Shown here: in pieces, positions 10,135 through 19,116 of the stretch
Position numbering within the stretch: the stretch's first letter is position 1
Layout of the letters: each line of letters begins with the position of its first letter
From: Micavibrio sp. UBA1850
GTDB lineage: Bacteria; Pseudomonadota; Alphaproteobacteria; Micavibrionales; Micavibrionaceae
Length of the DNA stretch: 64,000 nt
Assembly: GCA_002338525.1 (NCBI GenBank)
Contig: DDIM01000006.1
Span: 15,315 to 79,314, forward strand
Direction: 5' to 3'
Notes under the pieces: model-generated
Databases searched by the model: none
The model's input: only the letters and a program-made list of their open reading frames with translations
What the model was told of the DNA's origin: nothing
Translations under genes and position numbers: made by a program

Positions 10135-11925
10135 TTAGTACACTCTCTTTTTAGGGGGAACGGCTTCAACTTCGTCAGTTAAAGTTGTCAGGATCACAGG
10201 GCGATAGCCAATGTTGGTTTTTCCTGCGTCATCGACATTGATCAATGTGTGCTTCATCCACTCATCATCATTACGATCTGGAAAGTCCTCATGGGCATGT
10301 GCGCCGCGGCTTTCGTGGCGATTTTCTGCGCTATGCATTGTGGCAACGGCTTGACCCAATAAATTATCAAGCTCTAACGTTTCCATGAGGTCTGTATTGA
10401 ACACCATTGAGCGGTCTTCCACACCAAGATCGGCTTTGCCGGCAAAACATTTATCGATTTGCACGCAGCCTTCTTTGAGTGTTTCTGATGTACGGAACAC
10501 AGCGGCGTGATCTTGCATAACCTTTTGCATGCTCATACGAAGCTCGGACGTGCGTGTTGCGCCTTTTGCGTGTCTGAAGTGGTCTAAACGCTCAAGCGCG
10601 CGTGTGCCATCATCATTGCCCAAAGGCTTGTGTTTTTGACCTGGTTTTACAGTCTCTGACGCCTGCTGAGCCGCCGCACGCCCAAAGACCACCAAATCAA
10701 GAAGGGAATTTGATCCCAAACGGTTTGCCCCATGTACTGACACACAGGCAGCCTCACCAATTGCCATTAAGCCAGGAACAATGCGGTTAGGGTCTTTGGC
10801 TGTTGGGTTTAAAACCTCAGCCTTATAATTAGTTGGAATACCCCCCATGTTGTAATGCACAGTAGGCAGTACAGGAATAGGGTCTTTGGTCACGTCAATA
10901 CCAGAAAATACGCGCGCTGTCTCAGCAATACCCGGTAGGCGTGAATGAATGATATCATCGTCGAGATGTTCTAAATGCAAATGAATATGGTCGGCATTTT
11001 CACCAACGCCGCGACCTTCACGAATTTCAATGGTCATCGAGCGTGATACAACATCACGTGAGGCGAGGTCTTTTGCACTTGGTGCGTAACGCTCCATAAA
11101 GCGTTCACCCTCAGAGTTAGTCAAATATCCACCTTCACCACGCACACCTTCTGTGATCAGACACCCTGCACCATAAACACCAGTGGGGTGAAATTGAACA
11201 AACTCCATATCTTGCAGCGGGATACCTGCGCGTAAAACCATCGCATTTCCGTCCCCTGTACATGTATGTGCAGATGTGCATGAAAAATATGCGCGGCCAT
11301 AGCCACCAGTCGCAAGGACTGTTTGGTGGGCACGGAAGCGGTGAATTTTACCGTCATCTAGATTCCATGCCATCACCCCAACACATTCGCCTTCATCACT
11401 CATGATGAGGTCTAGGACGAAATATTCAATAAAGAACTCGGCGTTATATTTAAGCGCTTGCTGGTAAAGTGTGTGTAAAATTGCATGTCCTGTACGGTCT
11501 GCTGCGGCACAAGTACGTTGCGCAGTACCTTTACCGTAATGCGTCGTCATGCCGCCAAAGGCACGCTGGTAGATTTTACCCTCTTCTGTTCGGCTGAATG
11601 GAACACCTTGATGTTCCAACTCAATGATGGCCGCAGGGGCTTCCTTACACATATATTCAATTGCGTCCTGATCGCCAAGCCAGTCAGACCCTTTGATCGT
11701 GTCATACATATGAAAACGCCAATCATCTTCACCCATGTTACCAAGCGCAGCAGATATTCCGCCTTGCGCAGCAACTGTGTGCGAGCGTGTAGGGAAAACC
11801 TTGGAAATACATGCGGTCTTTAATCCCTTTTCAGACATTCCCATCGTCGCGCGAAGGCCTGATCCGCCACCGCCGACAACAACAACGTCATATTCATGAT
11901 CAACAATTTCGTAAGATGAGAGCAT
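10135..11925 (-). CDS. sdhA: Succinate dehydrogenase flavoprotein subunit
   Basis: [16 protein letters not shown] motif, SHTVAAQGG (covalent FAD His), and HPTG...GEGG and [10 protein letters not shown] blocks. Confidence 0.97.
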   Translation of the reverse strand: MLSSYEIVDHEYDVVVVGGGGSGLRATMGMSEKGLKTACISKVFPTRSHTVAAQGGISAALGNMGEDDWRFHMYDTIKGSDWLGDQDAIEYMCKEAPAAIIELEHQGVPFSRTEEGKIYQRAFGGMTTHYGKGTAQRTCAAADRTGHAILHTLYQQALKYNAEFFIEYFVLDLIMSDEGECVGVMAWNLDDGKIHRFRAHQTVLATGGYGRAYFSCTSAHTCTGDGNAMVLRAGIPLQDMEFVQFHPTGVYGAGCLITEGVRGEGGYLTNSEGERFMERYAPSAKDLASRDVVSRSMTIEIREGRGVGENADHIHLHLEHLDDDIIHSRLPGIAETARVFSGIDVTKDPIPVLPTVHYNMGGIPTNYKAEVLNPTAKDPNRIVPGLMAIGEAACVSVHGANRLGSNSLLDLVVFGRAAAQQASETVKPGQKHKPLGNDDGTRALERLDHFRHAKGATRTSELRMSMQKVMQDHAAVFRTSETLKEGCVQIDKCFAGKADLGVEDRSMVFNTDLMETLELDNLLGQAVATMHSAENRHESRGAHAHEDFPDRNDDEWMKHTLINVDDAGKTNIGYRPVILTTLTDEVEAVPPKKRVY

Positions 11926-11937
11926 AATAATTCCTAA

Positions 11938-12288
11938 TTAAACTGAATAAATTTGGTAAATGGCATAAAGACTAACGACACAAATTAACAAAAAGAAAAT
12001 CTTTTGCAAAATGAGCTTGGCTTTCAGCATCACACTACAATGAATATAGTCTTCTGCGATGACTTGGCTACCTAAAGACGCGTGAAGGCAGCTCACAATC
12101 ATGAAAAAGCTGATAATGATTGCATTGATAGGCGACGATAACCATGCGACAATTTCTTGATAAGGCGCGCCGCTCAACGTAATAATTGAATACATAAGCC
12201 ATAAAACGGGGGGGATCATAGCAACAGCTGTAAGGCGTTGCGCAAGCCAGTGTCCAGATCCATGTGGTTTTGTTGTATTTTCACTCAT
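11938..12288 (-). CDS. sdhD: Succinate dehydrogenase membrane anchor subunit
   Basis: 116-aa three-helix membrane protein between sdhC and sdhA. HWLAQRLTAV is a SdhD-type N terminus. Confidence 0.8.
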   Translation of the reverse strand: MSENTTKPHGSGHWLAQRLTAVAMIPPVLWLMYSIITLSGAPYQEIVAWLSSPINAIIISFFMIVSCLHASLGSQVIAEDYIHCSVMLKAKLILQKIFFLLICVVSLYAIYQIYSV

Positions 12289-12300
12289 AAAAAAGCTCCC

Positions 12301-12693
12301 TTATGAAAACATACATGCACAAATCCATGTGCCTGCTGTGAGTATAATGGTAGAGGCTATAACAGCATAGCCAGCACGCTCTGCATGTTTAATCTTAAAT
12401 AATCGGCCTGTATCCCAAAATAGGTGACGGATCCCGTTGCTCAAATGATAGTAAATGCAAACTGTCCAACCAAAGAGCATGATTTTACCAATGATTGAGC
12501 TCGAAAAGTTAAAGAAAACATTATAAGCGTCTTCTCCCATATATGTCGCAAGAAGCATCCAGGCAACGTAAAGCAAACCAATGGCTAGCGCCGCGCCAGT
12601 TGCACGATGCGTGATAGACAAAACAGATGTCATTTGCGGTTTATAAACCTGAAGGTGCGGGGATAAAGGTCGGTCTTGCTCAGTCATTTTCAT
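12301..12693 (-). CDS. sdhC: Succinate dehydrogenase cytochrome b556 subunit
   Basis: RPLSPHLQVYKPQMTSVLSITHRATG is the classic SdhC N terminus. Three TM helices. Confidence 0.9.
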   Translation of the reverse strand: MKMTEQDRPLSPHLQVYKPQMTSVLSITHRATGAALAIGLLYVAWMLLATYMGEDAYNVFFNFSSSIIGKIMLFGWTVCIYYHLSNGIRHLFWDTGRLFKIKHAERAGYAVIASTIILTAGTWICACMFS

Positions 12694-12708
12694 TCCTTCA
12701 AACAGATT

Positions 12709-13755
12709 TTATTCGTCATCTATACTAGAGATTTCAGCTGGACTTTCAACGCCTAATATACTTTCTGCTATGCGCACTGAATTGTAAGCCGCCCCAGATT
12801 GTAAATTATCCATGACTGACCAATATGACAGGCTGTTATCTATACCTTCATTGGCACGAATACGGCTTAAGAAAACGTTTGTTTCTCCATGAATTTCAGA
12901 TGGTGTTACAAACTCCATTTCAGATTCCAAATCTATGATTTCAATGCCCTCAGACGCACGCCATGCCGCTTTGATGTCTTTTACAGAGATTGTGTCTTTA
13001 AACTGAACCGTAACCGACTGCCCGTGCCCTACGAAAACAGGCGTATAAACGCAAGTCGCAGCAACCTTGGGTTCGCTTTCCATAAGCGAGGCTGTTTCGG
13101 TTATAATTGCGTGTTCTGCGCCTGTTGCGTGATTATCTTCAAATCCACCCACCTGAGGGATCACGTTAAACGCAATATGTTTTGAAAAATGCTGTGTCTT
13201 TGGTTCTTGGTTCATGTAGATGGTGCGAACCTGATTAAACAGCTCATCCATTGCAGGACGTCCTACCTCAGACACTGAATGATATGTCGACACAGTAACG
13301 GTTTCAATTGTGCCAATTTCTTCTAACGCTTTTAACGTTGAGACCAGCTGAATGGTCGCACTAGAAGGTGAGGCAATGATTTTTGCCGTCTTGGACGGCG
13401 CATATCCCAGATCAGGTATGGCCAGTAATTTGCCGTCCGTGTCGGTCAAATCAATGATTTTTGCATCAGAGTTTTCGAGTTTTTGTATGATCTTTTTGGC
13501 AACATATTCTGTACCTGTCAAAAAAACGACATCAAAACCGTCCATGTTCATTGTGTCTGCATGGATCATTTGCAATGTATCATCACCAAAACTCATTTGT
13601 TTTAACTGATTTTTGTCTTCGCCTGCGATCTTAAGCGCGGATACTGGAAAAGAGCGCTCGTGCAGATGATTTAAAACTTCTTGTCCCAAAATGGTTTCGA
13701 CGCCAATGATGGCAACTTTATAAGAAGGTTGTTGTGTTGCAGTATTTGATGACAT
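12709..13755 (-). CDS. Aspartate-semialdehyde dehydrogenase-like protein with substituted catalytic and cofactor motifs
   Basis: Full-length similarity to the short (Bacillus/alpha) Asd type (STYHSVSEVG, AFNVIPQVGGF, VAATCVYTPVFVGHGQSV, DNLQSGAAYNSVRIAE). However, NPNCST is SPSSAT and GATGAVGQ is GVETILGQ. Confidence 0.7.
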   Translation of the reverse strand: MSSNTATQQPSYKVAIIGVETILGQEVLNHLHERSFPVSALKIAGEDKNQLKQMSFGDDTLQMIHADTMNMDGFDVVFLTGTEYVAKKIIQKLENSDAKIIDLTDTDGKLLAIPDLGYAPSKTAKIIASPSSATIQLVSTLKALEEIGTIETVTVSTYHSVSEVGRPAMDELFNQVRTIYMNQEPKTQHFSKHIAFNVIPQVGGFEDNHATGAEHAIITETASLMESEPKVAATCVYTPVFVGHGQSVTVQFKDTISVKDIKAAWRASEGIEIIDLESEMEFVTPSEIHGETNVFLSRIRANEGIDNSLSYWSVMDNLQSGAAYNSVRIAESILGVESPAEISSIDDE

Positions 13756-13820
13756 GAATGTCTTTCCTTTATAATTTTAGCGTTATTACAATGGTTTTAA
13801 ACATGTTAAGATCATTTGTC

Positions 13821-15761
13821 ATGTCGAAAAAAGAAGACCATACAGATAATCATAGCGCAGATGACGTAAAGTCAAACTTTCTGGCAACGATGAGCCACGA
13901 AATGCGAACACCAATGCAGTCTGTCTACGGTCTTTTGGAACTTATTGAGCTAGAAGATACCTCCGACCATGTCAAAGACATGGTAAGAATTGCGAAAGGC
14001 TCGGCCAGCTCCCTTCTTGAAATACTAGATGACGTGCTTGAGCTTTCAAAAATGGATGCGGGTAAGATGGAATTGGATGAATTTGAAATTCCTGTCCGCA
14101 CGCTTGTTCGTGGTGTTAACGAGGCGCTCAGTGTCCGCGTTAAAGAGCGTCCCGTTGAACTCGGCGATGATGTAAGTGACGAAGTGCCTGTTGTGATTAA
14201 AGGGGACCCCAAGCGCCTGAGGCAAGTTTTAATGAACTTGGTTGGTAACGCTTTAAAATTCACAGAAAAAGGCACGGTAAAAACGCTTGTCAAAACAAAA
14301 TCCAAAACGCCCTTAATATTAAGATTTGAAGTGCACGACACAGGAATTGGTATCACACAAGACGCTTGTGATGCGCTCTTTAGCCCTTTTTCTCAGGCCG
14401 ATAGCTCTACCTCACGTAAATTTGGTGGTACAGGGTTGGGGCTGTCTATTTGTCGCAAGCTTGTTGAACTTATGGGCGGCGATATTGGTGTAGAGAGCGT
14501 TTTAGGTGAGGGGACTATATTTTGGTTTGAAATTCCCACTGTTGAAATTGACGCGCGGCAATCTGATCTCGAACTGCCTAATCTTGATGGGCTTTACGTT
14601 TTATCTGTGGAAGATCATCCACAAGGTGCAAAAGAAATTGTAAGCGCGCTCAGCTCAATGGGCGCACAAGTTGAAAGCTGCTCTAATATTGAGGACGCAC
14701 GTAAATTATCTGCAGAGCGGCCTTTTGACGTTGCCATTATCGATCAGGGGTTACCTGATGGTGATGGGCTGACATTGCTTAGACGCTTGTTGGATTTATA
14801 TCCCTTCATGGGCTGTGTGATGTATACCGCGCGCGAAGATGTTGGCCTTAGAAACTCTCTTGGAACATTAGGCGTTTCATATGTCACAAAACCAGCAAGT
14901 CGAAAGGGTTTGGGCGAGGCCGTTCTTGATGCGGCTCAAAAATCAAATTGTAAAAACAAAAGACAAGATATGAAAGAGGGCACGCGTTTGATTATTGCCG
15001 ATGATACGGCAAGTATCCGTGACCTCTTCTCTCGTCAGCTTAAATCTTTAGGCGTTGAGTGCGATATGGTGGCAAATGGTCACGAGCTTTTATCTGCGAT
15101 GAAGAACCGCTCATATGATCTCGTGATTACCGATCTTCATATGCCCGAATGCGATGGCTATGATGTGATTGAACAAATCCGCATGACAGAGCAGGGCAGA
15201 AATAACGATGATCAGGTCAAAGATCACCAAAGCGTTGTTTTATTAACCGCGGACATACAAATGGCAAACCGCCAAACATACAAACAACTCGGGTTTGATG
15301 AATGCCTCTTAAAGCCTGTGACATTGGGACAACTAAAAAGGCTTTTGATACGGTGGGGAATTTTAGATGACGCGCGTCCCTCTGTCTCATCCCCAAAAGG
15401 CTTTGTAGATCAGGGCGAAAGTGACGCAATTGATCTTAAGGCATTGGAAAGGCAACTTGGCGCCATTGATGAAATGGCAATTGAGATGCTCTCCAGCTTT
15501 ATTGAAATGACAAAGCCTTTGATTAATAAGCTCGTTATCGCCTTAAAAAACGATGACATTCATAGTATCAAGCAAACGGCACATTCATTAAAGGGAAGTG
15601 CCCGATCGGCAGGAGCTGTCGTGCTTGGCGATATCGCCTATGAAGTTCAAGAAACCGCAGAAAAAGGAAATGCAATTCATAAGGATATCATAGAAGATAT
15701 TATTGCCGAATTTGACCGTGTGAAAGAACACGTGAAGACAATTGAAGCTTTAAATAAATAG
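13821..15761 (+). CDS. Soluble hybrid histidine kinase: HisKA-HATPase-REC-REC-HPt, with no sensor domain
   Basis: H box FLATMSHEMRTPM lies only ~30 aa from the start. N/G boxes are NLVGNALKFT, HDTGIGI and GGTGLGLSICRKLVELMGG. Two receiver domains (VAIIDQGLPDGDG...TKP; LVITDLHMPECDG...LKP). C-terminal HPt is AHSLKGSARSAGA. The start is the internal ATG at 13821. Confidence 0.85.
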   Translation: MSKKEDHTDNHSADDVKSNFLATMSHEMRTPMQSVYGLLELIELEDTSDHVKDMVRIAKGSASSLLEILDDVLELSKMDAGKMELDEFEIPVRTLVRGVNEALSVRVKERPVELGDDVSDEVPVVIKGDPKRLRQVLMNLVGNALKFTEKGTVKTLVKTKSKTPLILRFEVHDTGIGITQDACDALFSPFSQADSSTSRKFGGTGLGLSICRKLVELMGGDIGVESVLGEGTIFWFEIPTVEIDARQSDLELPNLDGLYVLSVEDHPQGAKEIVSALSSMGAQVESCSNIEDARKLSAERPFDVAIIDQGLPDGDGLTLLRRLLDLYPFMGCVMYTAREDVGLRNSLGTLGVSYVTKPASRKGLGEAVLDAAQKSNCKNKRQDMKEGTRLIIADDTASIRDLFSRQLKSLGVECDMVANGHELLSAMKNRSYDLVITDLHMPECDGYDVIEQIRMTEQGRNNDDQVKDHQSVVLLTADIQMANRQTYKQLGFDECLLKPVTLGQLKRLLIRWGILDDARPSVSSPKGFVDQGESDAIDLKALERQLGAIDEMAIEMLSSFIEMTKPLINKLVIALKNDDIHSIKQTAHSLKGSARSAGAVVLGDIAYEVQETAEKGNAIHKDIIEDIIAEFDRVKEHVKTIEALNK

Positions 15762-15793
15762 GTGAAAATTTAAACAAATAAGCTTTGTTTTTA

Positions 15794-16519
15794 TTATGGG
15801 CAATCTACAACATCGCCGTGGTTTGTCGCGCTATCAATAATCATCCAGACCCGAAAACAACGGCTCCCTGACGGACATTCTCTCACGCTTGAATCGCCTA
15901 TGGAGTCGCTTGATAGCGCAACATCACCAGATGTTGCATCAATGATATCAGCTTCACATTCACTAAATTTGTCATCCACTTTTTCTAACGCGGTTCGTAA
16001 AAAGGGGTCACTTTTATCCGTTTGAATAAAAAAGAAAACGCCGTCATCACCATTATAATATTCCCAATCTTCAAAAAGACTTGGAGGTTGGGGAAGAAAT
16101 TTACCAGATGAGCCAGAGAATAAAAAAGAATGGTCAGGATCAGAGCCACCGGGATTTCCAGGGCAGCGAATGTTTGAAACATTATTATCACTAGCCGAAC
16201 CGTCAGTCGCCCCTTCATCATCAAAATAGGAATCGGCGGGGTTAATCGGGTAGGGGCTATGCTTTTGCTCGTCTGATGTCAGGCCGTTATCTTCGGAAGG
16301 ATACAGAAGGACACATTCTTGAATGGCTGATTGTATTAATGAGGCTTGATTATAAATGTCGGATACAACGCGAGTGCTGTTTTGATTTTGTGATTGCTGC
16401 CCAGACGGCTCCATGAAACTAACCGTTAGCGCCGCAAGTAACGCAATCGCAATCAAAATATAGACAAGCGCGCTTCCAGAAGCGTTATCCTCTCTATAGT
16501 TTGATCCAAATTTACTCAT
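15794..16519 (-). CDS. Pilin-like protein B (class-III-signal-like N terminus, non-canonical), 241 aa
   Basis: Charged leader ending ...NASG, then SALVYILIAIALLAALTVSF. The globular part is D/S/G-rich with 6 Cys. AGGA lies 6 nt upstream of the ATG. It is the same length as the upstream paralogue. Confidence 0.5.
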   Translation of the reverse strand: MSKFGSNYREDNASGSALVYILIAIALLAALTVSFMEPSGQQSQNQNSTRVVSDIYNQASLIQSAIQECVLLYPSEDNGLTSDEQKHSPYPINPADSYFDDEGATDGSASDNNVSNIRCPGNPGGSDPDHSFLFSGSSGKFLPQPPSLFEDWEYYNGDDGVFFFIQTDKSDPFLRTALEKVDDKFSECEADIIDATSGDVALSSDSIGDSSVRECPSGSRCFRVWMIIDSATNHGDVVDCP

Positions 16520-16550
16520 TACTTATCCTGTTATCTTTATCCCATGTGGC

Positions 16551-16578
16551 AAAAAAGGCGATCTCAGCCGCCTTTTTT
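16551..16578 (-). terminator. Weak hairpin with flanking A/T runs between the two pilin-like genes (possible attenuating terminator)
   Basis: AAAAAAGGCG-atctcagc-CGCCTTTTTT. The GC stem is short but has T runs on either strand. Confidence 0.35.
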
Positions 16579-16601
16579 ATTAAATCTACACTCTTTAGCT
16601 C

Positions 16602-17327
16602 TTAGTTTTCGCTAAGGACGTGGTAGTAATAATTCACACCACCTTGAACAAAGCATCCAAATGATTGGCCGTTAAGAACTGATCCTCCACTGGCTCCAAT
16701 TGTGTCACCATTCGCGGAGACAACACCAAGAGCGTTAGAACCATCACCGTCCTGAAATGTTGTGACATCTATACCAGTTTCTGTAGGAGGCGCGCCAATC
16801 CCTAATTCTTCATGAATTTTATTACAAATACCGTCTCTAACATTTGGTAGAAACGCTATAACTTCTACATCAGAAGATGTCGGCGTTGTCTCAGTCGATG
16901 GATTTGAACCAATATTGTGAACACTGTTTTCTCCATTAAATACCCATGCGCCTGAGCTGCCTGATGTGACGACGTCATTTGGAGCATTCTGGTGAGAGGC
17001 TGATCCGCCGCTGCTACCAAAAACACACGCATCTGGGTCGATATCTTCACAATTATCTATATCTGAAGGAGGGTTAAACATTAGCTCGTCATCACCAATA
17101 CCACCGCTAATTGACATTCTTAGAATTGACGTCTTCAAAGATGCTGGGTACTGCGTAAGGGACGCACTACTAATAAGGCTTGTTTCATCATCTGCGTTAC
17201 CTCCACCACGTGTGGATTGTGTCACAGCATAAGAAAGTGCTGCAAACAGGGCAACGGCAATCAAAATCAAGAACAAGACGTTCCCTCTTTCATGCTCCCG
17301 TGTTGACTTTTGTGTTGTACTTTCCAT
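16602..17327 (-). CDS. Pilin-like protein A (candidate major subunit), 241 aa
   Basis: Leader MESTTQKSTREHERG, then NVLFLILIAVALFAALSYAV. G/S/T/D-rich globular part with 4 Cys. Strong SD AAGGAG 6 nt upstream of the ATG. Confidence 0.5.
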   Translation of the reverse strand: MESTTQKSTREHERGNVLFLILIAVALFAALSYAVTQSTRGGGNADDETSLISSASLTQYPASLKTSILRMSISGGIGDDELMFNPPSDIDNCEDIDPDACVFGSSGGSASHQNAPNDVVTSGSSGAWVFNGENSVHNIGSNPSTETTPTSSDVEVIAFLPNVRDGICNKIHEELGIGAPPTETGIDVTTFQDGDGSNALGVVSANGDTIGASGGSVLNGQSFGCFVQGGVNYYYHVLSEN

Positions 17328-17369
17328 ATCTAACTCCTTTTGGTTTCCCTAGATCTTGTTTTTGCTGTT

Positions 17370-17891
17370 TTACTGAACGCTGACTGTGTTTAAAGCAACA
17401 ACAGCGTTTAATTTATTACCTTTGCATTCGCGCCCGACACACAATGTCTCTATTGAGGCAACCCATCGTCTATCTATATTGGCAACATGCCCGAGAGCCT
17501 CTCTAAATTGACTGTATGTCTGTAATTCTTGACCACTAAGCGTAACCTGATTCTGTTTAGTTTCAAAGTTCAAACTAGGGTAAACCTTTTTTAAAGTATC
17601 AACTTTTTTCTTGAGCGCATCGTTAGAAACGCTCGAAGTTTTTATATTCGGGATCTTAGGTTGAATGGCGGCCTTTTCAGAGAGCTCGGACTTAATACTC
17701 GCAAGCTCTTTAGTTTGCACCATGGTGTAAAGACCTAACGCAGCAACAACCGCCCATACCACACCAACCGTGATAAGGGCTGTCTTCCCAACATGGTCAG
17801 GAAGAGACTCTAAAAACTTGTTTAGGTCTTGACTGGCCCCTGGCTTTAAATATTTAGCAAGCTGGGAAAAATTAAAGTCTTGTGCGCTCAA
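17370..17891 (-). CDS. Bitopic assembly protein, GspM/PilO-like (173 aa)
   Basis: Short cytoplasmic N terminus, one TM helix (TALITVGVVWAVVAALGLYTMV), then a coiled-coil-like stretch and a small periplasmic domain. The call rests on position and topology only. TTG start. Confidence 0.35.
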   Translation of the reverse strand: MSAQDFNFSQLAKYLKPGASQDLNKFLESLPDHVGKTALITVGVVWAVVAALGLYTMVQTKELASIKSELSEKAAIQPKIPNIKTSSVSNDALKKKVDTLKKVYPSLNFETKQNQVTLSGQELQTYSQFREALGHVANIDRRWVASIETLCVGRECKGNKLNAVVALNTVSVQ

Positions 17892-18024
17892 TTTAAGCTC
17901 TTTTCCATTCTCATTCTACGTTTGTGTCTTCTAATAACTCTTATATTATACATCAAACACTATTAACAAAATTTTAATAAAAATGTAGTGAATGCGCCAC
18001 AACTATTTATTAAATATAATTTTT

Positions 18025-19116
18025 TTATGATTTTCCTCTAATTCTCATTCTTGTGGGGCCGGCCTGATTGTCATCTATAATTTCAACATTTCTAAACTGA
18101 TTACGAATGCTATTGAGGTCCTGAGCAGGAACAAGTGCTTCCCATGTGACGGCCGATTTATTAATCTCGTATTTGACAAGCGTGCCACTGATGTCAGAAA
18201 GATCACTCAAAAGCTCTTGAATGCGCGCATTATGAGTGATGATATCACTATGCATGGCCTTATATGAATTTTCGATCAGCTTATTCGTTGCTTGCTGGGT
18301 TTTAAGTTCAACGTCACTCAGGTCATTTTGTGAAAATGTTAAAGACACCATATCAATTAAAAGCACGGTAATTAAGATAAGCACAATGCCCAAGCCTGAA
18401 AACAAAAGTGTACGCGTGAGGGCTCTTGCCAATTTTTCAGTGCGAAGTTGAATGTTGCGCCATGGAATAACATGCGGGTTATCTTTACCAATTGTCACAA
18501 AGTTTGTATCCATACTTTGAATTTTTGGCAAAATTGTTCGGCTTCCTCCAATGAAGAGTTGAACGCGACCCGTCTCATCGTTCCATCGTAGCGCCGCAGT
18601 ACTAGCGTCTTGTTCGTAAACATAAACCGTTTGCTTGTCGATAAATTCAGGATTCCCAGGAAGCGCAGCAACAAGGGGGCACCAGCTATCTGGCGCTGAT
18701 GTTAATGTCGACGAAGGACAGGCAATATAGGTGACTTTTTCTTCAGCCAAATCCACAGTATAGGAAAAGTGAACCTTCTCTGTGGCACAAGCCTGCGAGG
18801 CAGCGTTCCACACGGCCTCAACTTCCATCCCAACAACGTATGGAACTTCTCCTGCAATAAGCTCTATGGGAAGGTAAGGGGTCAGTTCATCCTTAAAATC
18901 GCTGACCTCGCCTGCAATATAGTCTGCAATCGAGGGCTTAACACTTTGAGGAGTAATACTTTCCGCTGCAGGTGTCGCAAGACCTTGAGGTTGTTCTGGC
19001 TCACCGAACGTAGGCTGCATTTGATCATGAGCAAGAGGCTCTTTCTTGCCCGTTAATTTGGCAATAAAGTTTTTTGCTTTTTTTGCAAACATTTGCTGTT
19101 TTGATTCCAACGTCAT
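18025..19116 (-). CDS. Bitopic assembly protein, GspL / fused PilM-PilN-like (363 aa)
   Basis: ~225-aa cytoplasmic part, a single TM helix (LLFSGLGIVLILITVLLIDMV) and a ~110-aa periplasmic part. Its start overlaps the platform gene stop (TAATG at 19114-19118). Confidence 0.35.
   Translation of the reverse strand: MTLESKQQMFAKKAKNFIAKLTGKKEPLAHDQMQPTFGEPEQPQGLATPAAESITPQSVKPSIADYIAGEVSDFKDELTPYLPIELIAGEVPYVVGMEVEAVWNAASQACATEKVHFSYTVDLAEEKVTYIACPSSTLTSAPDSWCPLVAALPGNPEFIDKQTVYVYEQDASTAALRWNDETGRVQLFIGGSRTILPKIQSMDTNFVTIGKDNPHVIPWRNIQLRTEKLARALTRTLLFSGLGIVLILITVLLIDMVSLTFSQNDLSDVELKTQQATNKLIENSYKAMHSDIITHNARIQELLSDLSDISGTLVKYEINKSAVTWEALVPAQDLNSIRNQFRNVEIIDDNQAGPTRMRIRGKS

Noticed and set aside
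13925-14356. 143-aa ORF antisense to the histidine kinase catalytic region
   Set aside because: It is a Ser/Thr-rich low-complexity translation, opposite clear HisKA/HATPase motifs on the plus strand.
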